DNA of 64,000 nt from Myxococcota bacterium (GTDB lineage: Bacteria > Myxococcota_A > UBA9042 > PHBI01 > JAWLBL01), in NCBI GenBank assembly GCA_041687695.1, contig JAWLBL010000001.1, forward strand, positions 145,710 to 209,709, in the 5' to 3' direction. The notes below the pieces were generated by a model, which worked only from the letters and a program-made list of their open reading frames with translations, searched no databases and was not told the origin of the DNA. Shown here piece after piece: positions 1-8,798 of the stretch (position 1 is its first letter; every line of letters begins with the position of its first letter). Position numbers and translations under genes: made by a program.

Positions 1-169
1 TCGGGGTCGAGGAGGGGCTGGAAGGGGCCTGGGAGGCTCTACAGCGCGCTGATCCGGGGGAAGGGTCGTCGCGAGTCGTCCGGAGGCGCTGAACGGGCGT
101 CCAGGGGGCGCTACGAGGGAGAGGGGCCCCCCGTGCTATGCTCGTGGCCTCGATTGGGAGGGCTTCGGG
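1..169 (+). promoter_or_regulatory. Conserved non-coding leader of HNH gene copy 1, with extended -10-like TGCTATGCT (134-142) and RBS GGGAGG (156-161)
   Basis: Aligns by eye with 23905-24079 upstream of copy 2 (shared blocks gcgcgctgatc, agggtcgtcgcgagtcgtccg, ctgaacgg-cgtccaggggg, ggcctcgattgggagggct). Truncated by the window edge. Confidence 0.6.
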
Positions 170-1321
170 ATGAGCAAGGGCTTGGAAGTGCTGAGGAAGT
201 TGAGCGACGAGGGGCTGCTGGGGCGGGTCGGCGAGCTGGTCGACCTGGAGCGACGGACGACGGCCAATCTGGTGGTCTCGTTGGCCGAGGTCGAGGTGAG
301 GGAGCTGCACCTGCGGGATGGGAGCCCGTCGCTGTTCACGTGGTGTCGCGAGCGGTGGGGCTTTGGTGAGGACAAGGCCTACAACTACGTGAAGGCCGTG
401 GAGTGGGTGCGACGGTGGCCGGAGATGGGGGCCATGCTGGCCGACGGACGGCTGAGCTTGAGCGGGATGCGGGTGATCGGGCCGCATCTGGACGAGGGGA
501 ACGTAGGCGAGCGGCTGGCCGAGGCCGCCGGCAAGAGCAAGCGCGAGCTGACGGAGCTGGTGGCCCGATGGTCGCCGCGGCCGGACGTGCCGGCGCGGCT
601 GTTCAAGCTGCCGCCGTCCCGGGGCGGAGAGACCGGCGCGGCGAAGCGGGCGACCGCTGAGGAGGCGGACCAGGCGAACACGCTGTCGCTGGAGCGGCCG
701 AAGGTGGAGCATCGGGTCGAGCCGCTCTCGGAGGCGCGGTATCGGGTGCAGGTGACGGTCGGAGCTCGGGTCGCCGCCAAGCTCGAGGAGGCGATGGCGA
801 TCGCCGGGCATCAGGTCGCTTCCGGCGACTATGAGACGCTGCTGGAGATGGCGCTGGACGTCTTCCTGGCCGCCAAGAAGAAGCAGCGGTTCGGGGTGGG
901 AGCCAGGCGGCGGACGAAGAAGGCCGTGGAGAAGGCGCCGAAGGGGGACGACGGGGTCGCCATGGCCGGCGAGTCGGTCGAGGAAGCGGCCGAGAGCGTG
1001 GCCGCGGCGGACGAACCGGCCGGGGCGGAGCCGGACGCGGCGGGGCCGGAGGTGAGAGACCGGAGCCGGGCCATTCCGGCCGAGGTCAAGCGGGCCGTGG
1101 TGGAGCGGGATGGCCTGAGGTGCACCTTCGAAGGCCCGGGGGGACGGTGCAGCGAGACGAGGCGGCTCGAGCTCCACCACGTCGAGGCGTTCGCGAGGGG
1201 CGGCCGGCACTCCGTCGACAACCTCCGCGTCGTCTGTCAGGCCCACAACCTGCTCATCGCCCGGCAGGAGCTGGGGGCCGACTACGTCGCGCGGAAGATC
1301 GGCCGGCGGGACGCGGCGTGA
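170..1321 (+). CDS. HNH endonuclease (helical DUF222-like N-terminus, putative ribbon-helix-helix middle, C-terminal HNH), copy 1
   Basis: C-terminal RDGLRCTF..RC..LELHHVEAFARGG..DNLRVVCQAHN is an HNH/Zn signature; RBS present; paralog at 24080-25300. Confidence 0.85.
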   Translation: MSKGLEVLRKLSDEGLLGRVGELVDLERRTTANLVVSLAEVEVRELHLRDGSPSLFTWCRERWGFGEDKAYNYVKAVEWVRRWPEMGAMLADGRLSLSGMRVIGPHLDEGNVGERLAEAAGKSKRELTELVARWSPRPDVPARLFKLPPSRGGETGAAKRATAEEADQANTLSLERPKVEHRVEPLSEARYRVQVTVGARVAAKLEEAMAIAGHQVASGDYETLLEMALDVFLAAKKKQRFGVGARRRTKKAVEKAPKGDDGVAMAGESVEEAAESVAAADEPAGAEPDAAGPEVRDRSRAIPAEVKRAVVERDGLRCTFEGPGGRCSETRRLELHHVEAFARGGRHSVDNLRVVCQAHNLLIARQELGADYVARKIGRRDAA

Positions 1322-1322
1322 C

Positions 1323-1339
1323 CTTCCGCCCCGGGGCGG
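1323..1339 (-). repeat. Inverted copy of the HNH-associated motif (CTTCCGCCCCGGGGCGG; perfect palindrome at 1326-1339) just after the stop codon
   Basis: 1323-1335 is the reverse complement of CCCGGGGCGGAAG, the end of the array core at 23374-23823. Confidence 0.7.
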
Positions 1340-1377
1340 TGGGCTCGGTCTGCCCTCCCCTTTCAACGACAAGCGCT

Positions 1378-1517
1378 CGGCCACGGTCACGGCCACCGAA
1401 CCGGCCACGGCCACGGAACCGGCCACGGCCACGGAACTGGCCACGGCCACGAAACCGGCCACGGCCACGGTACCGGCCACGGCCACGGCCACGGAACCGG
1501 CCACGGTCTCGGCCACG
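1378..1517. repeat. Tandem repeat, ~6 units of 18 nt (AACCGGCCACGGCCACGG) built on a CCACGG hexamer
   Basis: Units start at 1399, 1417, 1435, 1453, 1471 and 1495; intergenic between convergent genes. Confidence 0.9.
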
Positions 1518-1543
1518 AAGGCGGACGCGTTCACGGCTACGGA

Positions 1544-2215
1544 TCAGCGCGTGGCGGGGCTCGGGATGCGGGCCAGCTCGGCCTCCAGGGCGGGGAGGCC
1601 CCCCTCCTTGTAGGCGCGGCCGAAGCGGGCGCGCCACAGGCGCATCAGGCTGGTGCCGTCGAGGAGGACGTCGCGGACGCGCCAGGAGTCCTGGGTGAGG
1701 CGGAGGTCGAGCGTCAGGGTGCGGGCGCGGCCGGTGGGACGGTGGTGGATGCGGACCTCGACCGCCGCGCGGGCGCAGTCGCCGGTCACGGAGACGACCT
1801 CGAGGGTCGAGCGGGTCGGGTCGCCGAGGCGGGCGCGGTAGTGGGTCTGGAGCAGGGCCGCCAGGGCCCGGGTCCAGCGGGCGCGGGCGGTCTCGTCGGC
1901 GGCGTCCCAGGCGGCGCGGAGGACGTCCTGGGCGAAGCCGGTGGTGTCGAAGCCCGCGCGGGACCAGGCGTCGAGGCCGCGGGCCAGCAGCTCGGCGCGG
2001 CGGGGGCCCGGCAGGGCGGCCTGGTGGACGGCGACGAGGCGGGCGAAGGCGTCTCGGACGGCCTGGGCGGCGGCGTCAGGGCCGGGGCACGGGGCGGTCG
2101 GGGTCGTTGAGGCGACCTGGGGCGGGGGCTCGGCGCGCGTGGGCGGGGCCGTGAGCGCGAGGAGGGCCGCGGCCGCGAGGACGTGCGACAGCTGGGCGGC
2201 GAGCGTGCGGCGCAT
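1544..2215 (-). CDS. MlaC/Ttg2D-like phospholipid-binding periplasmic protein
   Basis: 3' part of ORF 1544..5362; signal peptide, FD...A..VL...W motif, C-terminal WRVRDVLLDGTSL..WRARF typical of MlaC. Start could be 2260. Confidence 0.7.
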   Translation of the reverse strand: MRRTLAAQLSHVLAAAALLALTAPPTRAEPPPQVASTTPTAPCPGPDAAAQAVRDAFARLVAVHQAALPGPRRAELLARGLDAWSRAGFDTTGFAQDVLRAAWDAADETARARWTRALAALLQTHYRARLGDPTRSTLEVVSVTGDCARAAVEVRIHHRPTGRARTLTLDLRLTQDSWRVRDVLLDGTSLMRLWRARFGRAYKEGGLPALEAELARIPSPATR

Positions 2216-2455
2216 GGGGACCGGGGGGGCGGGGAGTGGAGGGGGTCGGCGGGGAGGCATAGCGGAGCCGAGAGGTCGGCGCAATCGGGACGTAACCGGC
2301 GTCGGAGTCGCGTGTAGGCTTGCAACGCGAGGGGGGGCGCGGGACTTCCGAGCGGGCGGGCGGCGTTGGTGGGGGCTCGACAGCGGCGGCTCGATGAGGC
2401 AGCGTCGCGAGACCGACGCCCGCCGTCTGTGGCCGTTTCCCACTCCACGAGGCCT

Positions 2456-5416
2456 ATGGCTATCGACAAACCGGGTGAGCGCCCCTCGAAGGGGGCCGAC
2501 GTCCCCGAGGTGCCCGAGGCGCCGCCCGCGCGGCCCGGGCCCGACGTGCCGGCGACCGGGCTCGAGCCGTCGCCCACACCGAGCCAGATGCTGGTCGTCG
2601 ACCGGCAGGCGCAGTGCGCGCCGCCGCCGTCGCTGTTCCGCGACGTCGAGGAGCGGCGGCTGCTCAACCCGAGCCAGATGCTGTCGCGGCCGAACCTGCT
2701 GACGCGCCTGTTCTCGCACGTCATGTTCAAGCGGGTGGCCTTCGACGACAAGCACGTCGCGACCATCCGGGACGCCGAGCGCGAGGGCAACGTGGTGTTC
2801 GCCATGAACCACCACAGCCTGCTCGACTACCTGTACTTCAACTACGCCTTCAAGCGCATCGGGCTGCCGCTGGTCTTCTTCGCCAACGAGATCGCCATGA
2901 CGGCCTTCCGGCCGCTGTGGCAGCTCGCCGGGCGCGGCCTGCGCCGGCTGTTCGGGCGCCTGAGCCGCCGCCTGCAGGACACCGAGCTGCTCGCCTACGG
3001 GCTCGAGCGCAAGCGCCCCGCCCTGGTCTTCCTCAAGCGCAGCTCGCTGTGGCCCTGGGCGACCAGCGGCAGCGCCGACAAGTACCTGAAGACCGTCCTG
3101 ACCGCCCAGCTCGACCGCATCCACGCTTGCGAGGGCACCGGCCGCCAGCCCATGCCCATCCGCGTCATCCCGCAGCTGCTCATCTGGTCGCAGGACCCCG
3201 ACCGCTACGGCCGCCGCCTGCGCGACCTCGTGTTCGGCAACCCCGAGGCGCCCAGCCCGCTGCGCAAGATGATCAGCTTCGTGCTCAACCGCCGGCGCGC
3301 CTTCGTGCAGGTCGGCAAGCCCATCGACCTGGTCGAGTTTCTGGGCGCGCAGCCGCCGGGCACCAACCTGGACGAGCTGGCGCGCAAGCTGCGCTTCGTC
3401 ATCCGGCAGGCGCTGACGCTCGAGGAGCGGGTCATCAAGGGCCCCATCCTCAAAGACGCCAAGCGCATCCGCGAGGAGATCCTGCGCACGCGCGAGATGC
3501 AGGCGGCCATCCAGCACATCGCCAAGGACACCGGCCGCACGGTCGAGCAGACCGAGAAGGAGATCGGCGGCTACCTGAAGGAGATGGCCGCCGACTTCAG
3601 CATCTCGTACATCGAGTTCATGTGCATGATGCTGACGGTGATCTTCGACCGCATCTACAGCGAGGTGGTCCCGGATCTGCAAGGCATCGACAAGGTGCGC
3701 GAGGCCGCGCGCAAGGCACCGCTCATCCTGCTGCCCTGCCACCGCAGCCACGTCGACTACCTGGTCATCAGCTACCTGTTCTACGCCAACGGCCTCATCC
3801 CGCCGCACATCGCCGCGGGCAACAACCTGAACTTCTTCCCGATGGGGCACATCTTCCGCCGCTCGGGGGCCTTCTTCATCCGGCGCACCTTCAAGGGCAA
3901 CCAGGGCTACACGGTCGCCTTCCGCGAGTACCTGCGAAAGCTCATCAAGGAAGGCTACTGGATCGAGTTCTTCATCGAGGGCGGGCGCTCGCGCACCGGC
4001 AAGATGCTGCCGCCCAAGTACGGCATGCTCGACAGCATCATCGAGGCCGTGCAGTCGGGCGCTGCGCCGGACGTGTACCTGGCCCCCGTGTATCTGGGCT
4101 ACGAGCAGATCATCGAGGAGCGCGCCTACACGCAGGAGCTGTCGGGCGCCGAGAAGAAGAAGGAGAACATCACGTCGCTGCTCAAGACGACCAAGGTGCT
4201 GTGGTCGCGCTACGGGCGGCTGTACGTGAACTTCGCCGAGCCGATGAGCATCCGCGAGCTGCTCGACCAGGCCGGCCTGCTCGCCGAGGACCACGGCCTG
4301 CCCGAGGGCGAGGCCCACGACCAGTTCGTGCGGCGCACGGCCTACCGCGTGCTGGCCGGCATCAACGACGTGGCGATGGTCACGCCGACGGCGGCGACCG
4401 CGATGGCCCTGCTGATGCACCCCAAGCGGGGCGTCAGCCGGCAGGTGCTGCTGGCGCGCGTCGGCTTCATCCTCGAGGTCGCCAGCCGCAAGCAGGCGCC
4501 GCTGTCCAAGACGCTCATCCACGCCCTGAAGATCCGCCGGCAGGAGGTCGCCGCCGCCGTCGAGGCCCTCGAGGCCGAGGGGCGCCGCCACCTGACGCTG
4601 GCGCTGGGCGAGGCCAGCCAGGTCGCCGCGGCGCGCGGTCAGGCGGTGGTCGAGGCGGTCGACGAGGCGCTGAGCCGCTTCATCCAGCAAAAGCACATCG
4701 AGCGGCACGTCTTCGACGACGAGGTCGTCTACACGCCGGTGCCCGACCAGCGCATCAACCTGGACTTCTACAAGAACAACATCGTCCACCTGTTCACGGC
4801 CGAGTCCATCTTCGCGGCGGCCTACTTCGGCGTCGCCAAGCGCGAGGCGGCGACCGTCGGGCGCGTGCGCGAGGCGGCGCGCTTTCTGTCGCGGACCTTC
4901 AAGCACGAGTTCGTCTACAACCCGGACCGCCCCTTCGACGTGCAGTTCGAGGCGACCCTGGACGAGTTCGTCGCGTCGGGCTTCCTGACGGTCGACGAGG
5001 TCGCCGAGGGTGAGGCCAGCTCCATGACCGGGGACGAGGCCATCCTGCGGGTCACCGAGGTGGCCGAGACCACGATGCGCCTGCTGCACCAGGTGCTCGA
5101 GCCGTGGCTCGAGGCGTACTGGCTGCTGGCGGTCGGCCTCGAGCAGCACCTGCTGCAGACCATGCCCGAGAAGGAGTTCGTCAAGCGGGTGCAGCGCATG
5201 GCGCGGCGGCTGTACCAGGAGGGCGACATCTCGTGCCCCGAGGCGTCGAGCTCGGTGACGTTCTCGCACGCCATCAACGCCTACGAGGAGATGGGCCTGG
5301 TCAAGCGGAGCCGCAAGGGCCGCGACAAGCTGCTGAGCCTGGACGCGCCGTCGGCCGAGCACCCCGAGACCATCCCGGCCCTGGCCGACCGCCTGCGGGA
5401 CTTCTTCAGCTACTGA
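2456..5416 (+). CDS. plsB: Glycerol-3-phosphate O-acyltransferase (PlsB family)
   Basis: HRSHVDY (HX4D), GAFFIRR and FFIEGGRSRTGK acyltransferase blocks; strong codon bias. Confidence 0.85.
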   Translation: MAIDKPGERPSKGADVPEVPEAPPARPGPDVPATGLEPSPTPSQMLVVDRQAQCAPPPSLFRDVEERRLLNPSQMLSRPNLLTRLFSHVMFKRVAFDDKHVATIRDAEREGNVVFAMNHHSLLDYLYFNYAFKRIGLPLVFFANEIAMTAFRPLWQLAGRGLRRLFGRLSRRLQDTELLAYGLERKRPALVFLKRSSLWPWATSGSADKYLKTVLTAQLDRIHACEGTGRQPMPIRVIPQLLIWSQDPDRYGRRLRDLVFGNPEAPSPLRKMISFVLNRRRAFVQVGKPIDLVEFLGAQPPGTNLDELARKLRFVIRQALTLEERVIKGPILKDAKRIREEILRTREMQAAIQHIAKDTGRTVEQTEKEIGGYLKEMAADFSISYIEFMCMMLTVIFDRIYSEVVPDLQGIDKVREAARKAPLILLPCHRSHVDYLVISYLFYANGLIPPHIAAGNNLNFFPMGHIFRRSGAFFIRRTFKGNQGYTVAFREYLRKLIKEGYWIEFFIEGGRSRTGKMLPPKYGMLDSIIEAVQSGAAPDVYLAPVYLGYEQIIEERAYTQELSGAEKKKENITSLLKTTKVLWSRYGRLYVNFAEPMSIRELLDQAGLLAEDHGLPEGEAHDQFVRRTAYRVLAGINDVAMVTPTAATAMALLMHPKRGVSRQVLLARVGFILEVASRKQAPLSKTLIHALKIRRQEVAAAVEALEAEGRRHLTLALGEASQVAAARGQAVVEAVDEALSRFIQQKHIERHVFDDEVVYTPVPDQRINLDFYKNNIVHLFTAESIFAAAYFGVAKREAATVGRVREAARFLSRTFKHEFVYNPDRPFDVQFEATLDEFVASGFLTVDEVAEGEASSMTGDEAILRVTEVAETTMRLLHQVLEPWLEAYWLLAVGLEQHLLQTMPEKEFVKRVQRMARRLYQEGDISCPEASSSVTFSHAINAYEEMGLVKRSRKGRDKLLSLDAPSAEHPETIPALADRLRDFFSY

Positions 5417-8175
5417 CGGTGCGGCGCGGGGGTGTCGAGCACCTCGCGCACCTTTCGGATGAGCGCGTTCATCGTGAAGGGCTTGCCGATGAAGGCGGTG
5501 CCCGGCTCGAGCACGCCGCGGTGCACGATGGCGTCGTCGGTGTAGCCCGACATGAACAGGACGCGCATGGCCGGGCGCAGGACGGCCACGCGGTCGGCCA
5601 GCTCGCGGCCGCTCATCTGCGGCATCACCACGTCGGTCACCAGCAGATCGATGTGCGGCGCCCCGCGCTCGAACATCAGCAGGGCCTCGCTGCCGTTGTG
5701 GGCCTCGAGCACCTTGTAGCCCTGCCGCTTGAGCGCGCGCACGGCCAGGTTGCGCACCTGGGGCTCGTCCTCGACGACCAGCACCGTCTCCTCGCCGGTC
5801 GGCAGGTACAGGTACTCGGAGCTCTCCCGCACCACCTCGGGCTGCCCCTTGGCGCGCGGCAGCCAGATGACGAACTCGGTCCCCTCGCCCCGGCGGCTCG
5901 CGGCCGTGATGTAGCCGTCGTTCTGCTTGACGATGCCGTAGCAGGTGGCCAGCCCCAGGCCCGTCCCCTTGCCCTTCTCCTTGGTCGTGTAGAAGGGCTC
6001 GAACAGGTGGGACATGACCTCCTCGTCCATGCCGTGCCCGGTGTCGCGCACGACCAGCTGGGTGTACTCGCCGGCGCTCATGAAGTAGTGCTGCGCCAGC
6101 TCTTCGGGGCCGACCACGACGTTGCGCGTCTCGATGGTCAGCGTGCCGCCCTGTTGCATCGCGTCACGCGCGTTGACGACCAGGTTCAGCAGCACCTGCT
6201 CGAACTGCCCCGGGTCGATGTGCGCGGGCCACAGCCGCGAGGCGGTCAGGGTGACGACCTCGATGTCCTCGCCGACCAGGCGCCGGATCATCTTGTCCAT
6301 CTCGAGCACGAGATCGTTCAAGCTCGTCACGCGCGGCTCGATGATCTGCTTGCGCGAAAAGGCCAGCAGCTGCTTGGTCAGGTTGGCGGCGCGCTCGGCG
6401 GCGGCCAGCACCTCGCCCATGTCCTCGTGGGCCGGGCTGTCGGACGGCAGGGCCTCGAGCACGAAGGCGCCGAAGCCGCGGATGGCCGTCAGCAGGTTGT
6501 TGAAGTCGTGCGCGACGCCGCCCGCGAGGCGTCCGATGGCCTCCATCTTCTGGGCCATGCGCAGGGCCTGCTCGCTGCGCAGGAGCTTGTCCTCGGCCTG
6601 CCGCTGCGCCGTCATGTCGCGCGCGTAGACGATGCGCGCCGGCCGCCCGCGGTAGCGGTAGGGCTTGCTCGTCAGCTCGACGTGCACCAGCCCGCCGTCC
6701 TTGCGCCGGCCGACCACCTCGGCCTGGTGGGCGCCGCCCGCGGCCTCGAGCCGCGAGGAGGCCCCGGGGGTCGCCTCGGTGACGAGCGAGGCCAGCCCGC
6801 GTCCGAGCAGCTCGTGGCGCTCGTAGGCGAACAGGCGCGTCAGGGCCTCGTTGGCGTCCACGATGACGCCGTCGCGCGTGACGGCGATGCCCTCGCGCGA
6901 GGCGTTGAAGAGATCGCGGAAGCTCTCGGCGACCTCGCGCAGCGCGTCGTCCGAGACCTTGCGCTCGGTCACGTCGCGGATGACGACGAAGACCTCGTCG
7001 GCCGACACGGCCTGAAAGCGCGCCTCGAAGTAGCGGCGGGGCGGCGTCGGCGCGAGATCGGCGCCCGACCGGGATCGCTGCCAGCCACGCCCGCGGCCGT
7101 CGGCGGGGAGGTCGGCGCGCGATCCGGTGCGCTCGGGGCGCGGCTCGGGGCGCGGGGGATCGAGGCTGAAGTCGACGGAGACGAGGCCGCCCGCGGTGAG
7201 CGCCTGCTCTAGGGCGGTCATCATGCGGTCGGCGATCTCGGCGGGGAGCGCGTCGCGCAGGGTCTGCCCGTCGCCGCCGCGGCCGGGGCCCAGCTCGGTG
7301 CGGCGCTCGGCGTGGGTGCTGAGGATGACGCCGTCGCGGCGGATGCGGAAGTACTGGTCGGGGAAGGCGCGCGCGATGGCCTGCAGGGCGCTGGTCGTGC
7401 GCTCGAGGGCGGCCTGGCTGGCGCGGCGCTCGGTGATGTCGTGCAGCGAGGCGAGCCAGGCCTGGGTGTCGCCCCAGGGGATGCGCGTGGTGTGCAGCTC
7501 GGCCGAGACGTTGCGGCCGTCGCGCTGCAGCGTCACCTCGCGCGGGCGGGACAGATCGAGCGGCCAGTCGAAGCGGGCGCCGACGAGGCCGCCGGGCGGA
7601 GCGCCGAGGAGCCGCTCGGCGGCGGGGTTCGAGAAGATGATGCGCCGCTGGGCGTCGACCACCAGCATGGCCTCGGCGGTGGCCTCGACGAGGGTGGCGT
7701 AGCGGCGGGCCAGCTCCTTGCCCTGGACGCTGGCGGGCGGCTCGGCGCGGTGCACGGTGGCGCTGGCGGCGCGGGCGACCGCCTGCTCGAGCTGCGCGGT
7801 GCTGAGGTCGCTGCTGCGGAGCACCACGTCGCCGCCACGGGTGACCTGCCTGGGGTCCAGGCCGGTGGGGCAGATGGTGACCAGCGGCAGCGGCCCGAGG
7901 TCGGCCAACCGGCTCAGCTCGCGCGACGCCTTGGACGCGTTGGCCGGCAGGCCCAGCACCACGACGTCCACGTCCTCGTGCTGACCCCACCGCGCGAGCA
8001 GATCGCTGACCCGCGTGAGGTGCGTCAGGCGCACGCGCGGTGAATGGCAGCGCGCAAGGAGCCCCAGGAGGCGCTCCGCCTGCTCGCCCGGCTCCTGCAC
8101 CAGCAGGACATGTTTCGTCTGGCGTGACGTCAATCGGCCACCGCGGTCCGGTTGCGGACCGAACCAGCGTACCAC
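5410..8175 (-). CDS. Hybrid sensor histidine kinase (pseudo-REC, PAS x3, HisKA, HATPase, REC)
   Basis: GGVAHDFNNLL H-box, NLVVNARDAM, DTGHGM, GTGLGL, C-terminal REC (VEDE, TDVVMP, KPF). Start uncertain. Confidence 0.9.
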   Translation of the reverse strand: MVRWFGPQPDRGGRLTSRQTKHVLLVQEPGEQAERLLGLLARCHSPRVRLTHLTRVSDLLARWGQHEDVDVVVLGLPANASKASRELSRLADLGPLPLVTICPTGLDPRQVTRGGDVVLRSSDLSTAQLEQAVARAASATVHRAEPPASVQGKELARRYATLVEATAEAMLVVDAQRRIIFSNPAAERLLGAPPGGLVGARFDWPLDLSRPREVTLQRDGRNVSAELHTTRIPWGDTQAWLASLHDITERRASQAALERTTSALQAIARAFPDQYFRIRRDGVILSTHAERRTELGPGRGGDGQTLRDALPAEIADRMMTALEQALTAGGLVSVDFSLDPPRPEPRPERTGSRADLPADGRGRGWQRSRSGADLAPTPPRRYFEARFQAVSADEVFVVIRDVTERKVSDDALREVAESFRDLFNASREGIAVTRDGVIVDANEALTRLFAYERHELLGRGLASLVTEATPGASSRLEAAGGAHQAEVVGRRKDGGLVHVELTSKPYRYRGRPARIVYARDMTAQRQAEDKLLRSEQALRMAQKMEAIGRLAGGVAHDFNNLLTAIRGFGAFVLEALPSDSPAHEDMGEVLAAAERAANLTKQLLAFSRKQIIEPRVTSLNDLVLEMDKMIRRLVGEDIEVVTLTASRLWPAHIDPGQFEQVLLNLVVNARDAMQQGGTLTIETRNVVVGPEELAQHYFMSAGEYTQLVVRDTGHGMDEEVMSHLFEPFYTTKEKGKGTGLGLATCYGIVKQNDGYITAASRRGEGTEFVIWLPRAKGQPEVVRESSEYLYLPTGEETVLVVEDEPQVRNLAVRALKRQGYKVLEAHNGSEALLMFERGAPHIDLLVTDVVMPQMSGRELADRVAVLRPAMRVLFMSGYTDDAIVHRGVLEPGTAFIGKPFTMNALIRKVREVLDTPAPHRQ

Positions 8176-8210
8176 GAGGCGACGGGCGTGAGTAGCCTAA
8201 CCAACGGGAT

Positions 8211-8798
8211 CTATTGCGGCTCGCAGGTGGTCACCGGGCAGGCGGCGTCGGCGACGCCGTTGAGCCTGACCAGCGCGGCGGTCTCGTCCGCGCCGCCGTT
8301 GATGACGAGGCTGGCGGTCAGGTCGACGTGGGTCGGCTGTGGGGTGTTCCCGAGGCAGACGAGGGGCTGCTGCTGGGCGAACTGGACGATCACGGTGGGC
8401 CGCACGCCGGTGGCCTCGGCGGGCGTCACGCTGAAGTCGCTGCCCGACAGGGCGAAGGTCCAGGCGGCCTGCTCGCCGACGAGGCCGGCGCTGGCCGAGG
8501 CGTCGAAGGTGATCTCCCAGCCGGGGGCGCCGCCGCAGGCGGTGGTGGGGCAGCCGGCGGGCGGCGGCGGCGCGAAGTTCAGCGTGCAGCCCTGGCTGGT
8601 GCCTGGTTTGGTGATGCGGGCGACGGGGGTCACCGGCGCGTCCCCCGCGGCGTCCGCTTGGGGCGCGTCGCCCAGGGCGTCCGCCGTAGCCGCGTCGCCG
8701 ATCGGCAGCGGATCGGTGTCGAACATCAGGCTGCAGCCGGCCAGCGTCGCCGCGAGGGCCAACAGCCCCAGCCGCCGGGCACCACGCGCGCTCACCAT
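8211..8798 (-). CDS. Hypothetical lipoprotein, possibly Ig/PKD-like
   Basis: Lipobox LAGC; FDASAS..WTF segment; last gene of the kinase operon. Confidence 0.65.
   Translation of the reverse strand: MVSARGARRLGLLALAATLAGCSLMFDTDPLPIGDAATADALGDAPQADAAGDAPVTPVARITKPGTSQGCTLNFAPPPPAGCPTTACGGAPGWEITFDASASAGLVGEQAAWTFALSGSDFSVTPAEATGVRPTVIVQFAQQQPLVCLGNTPQPTHVDLTASLVINGGADETAALVRLNGVADAACPVTTCEPQ

Noticed and set aside
2216..5362. 5' part of the 1272-aa minus-strand ORF
   Set aside because: Antisense shadow of plsB caused by high GC3; only 1544-2215 looks coding.
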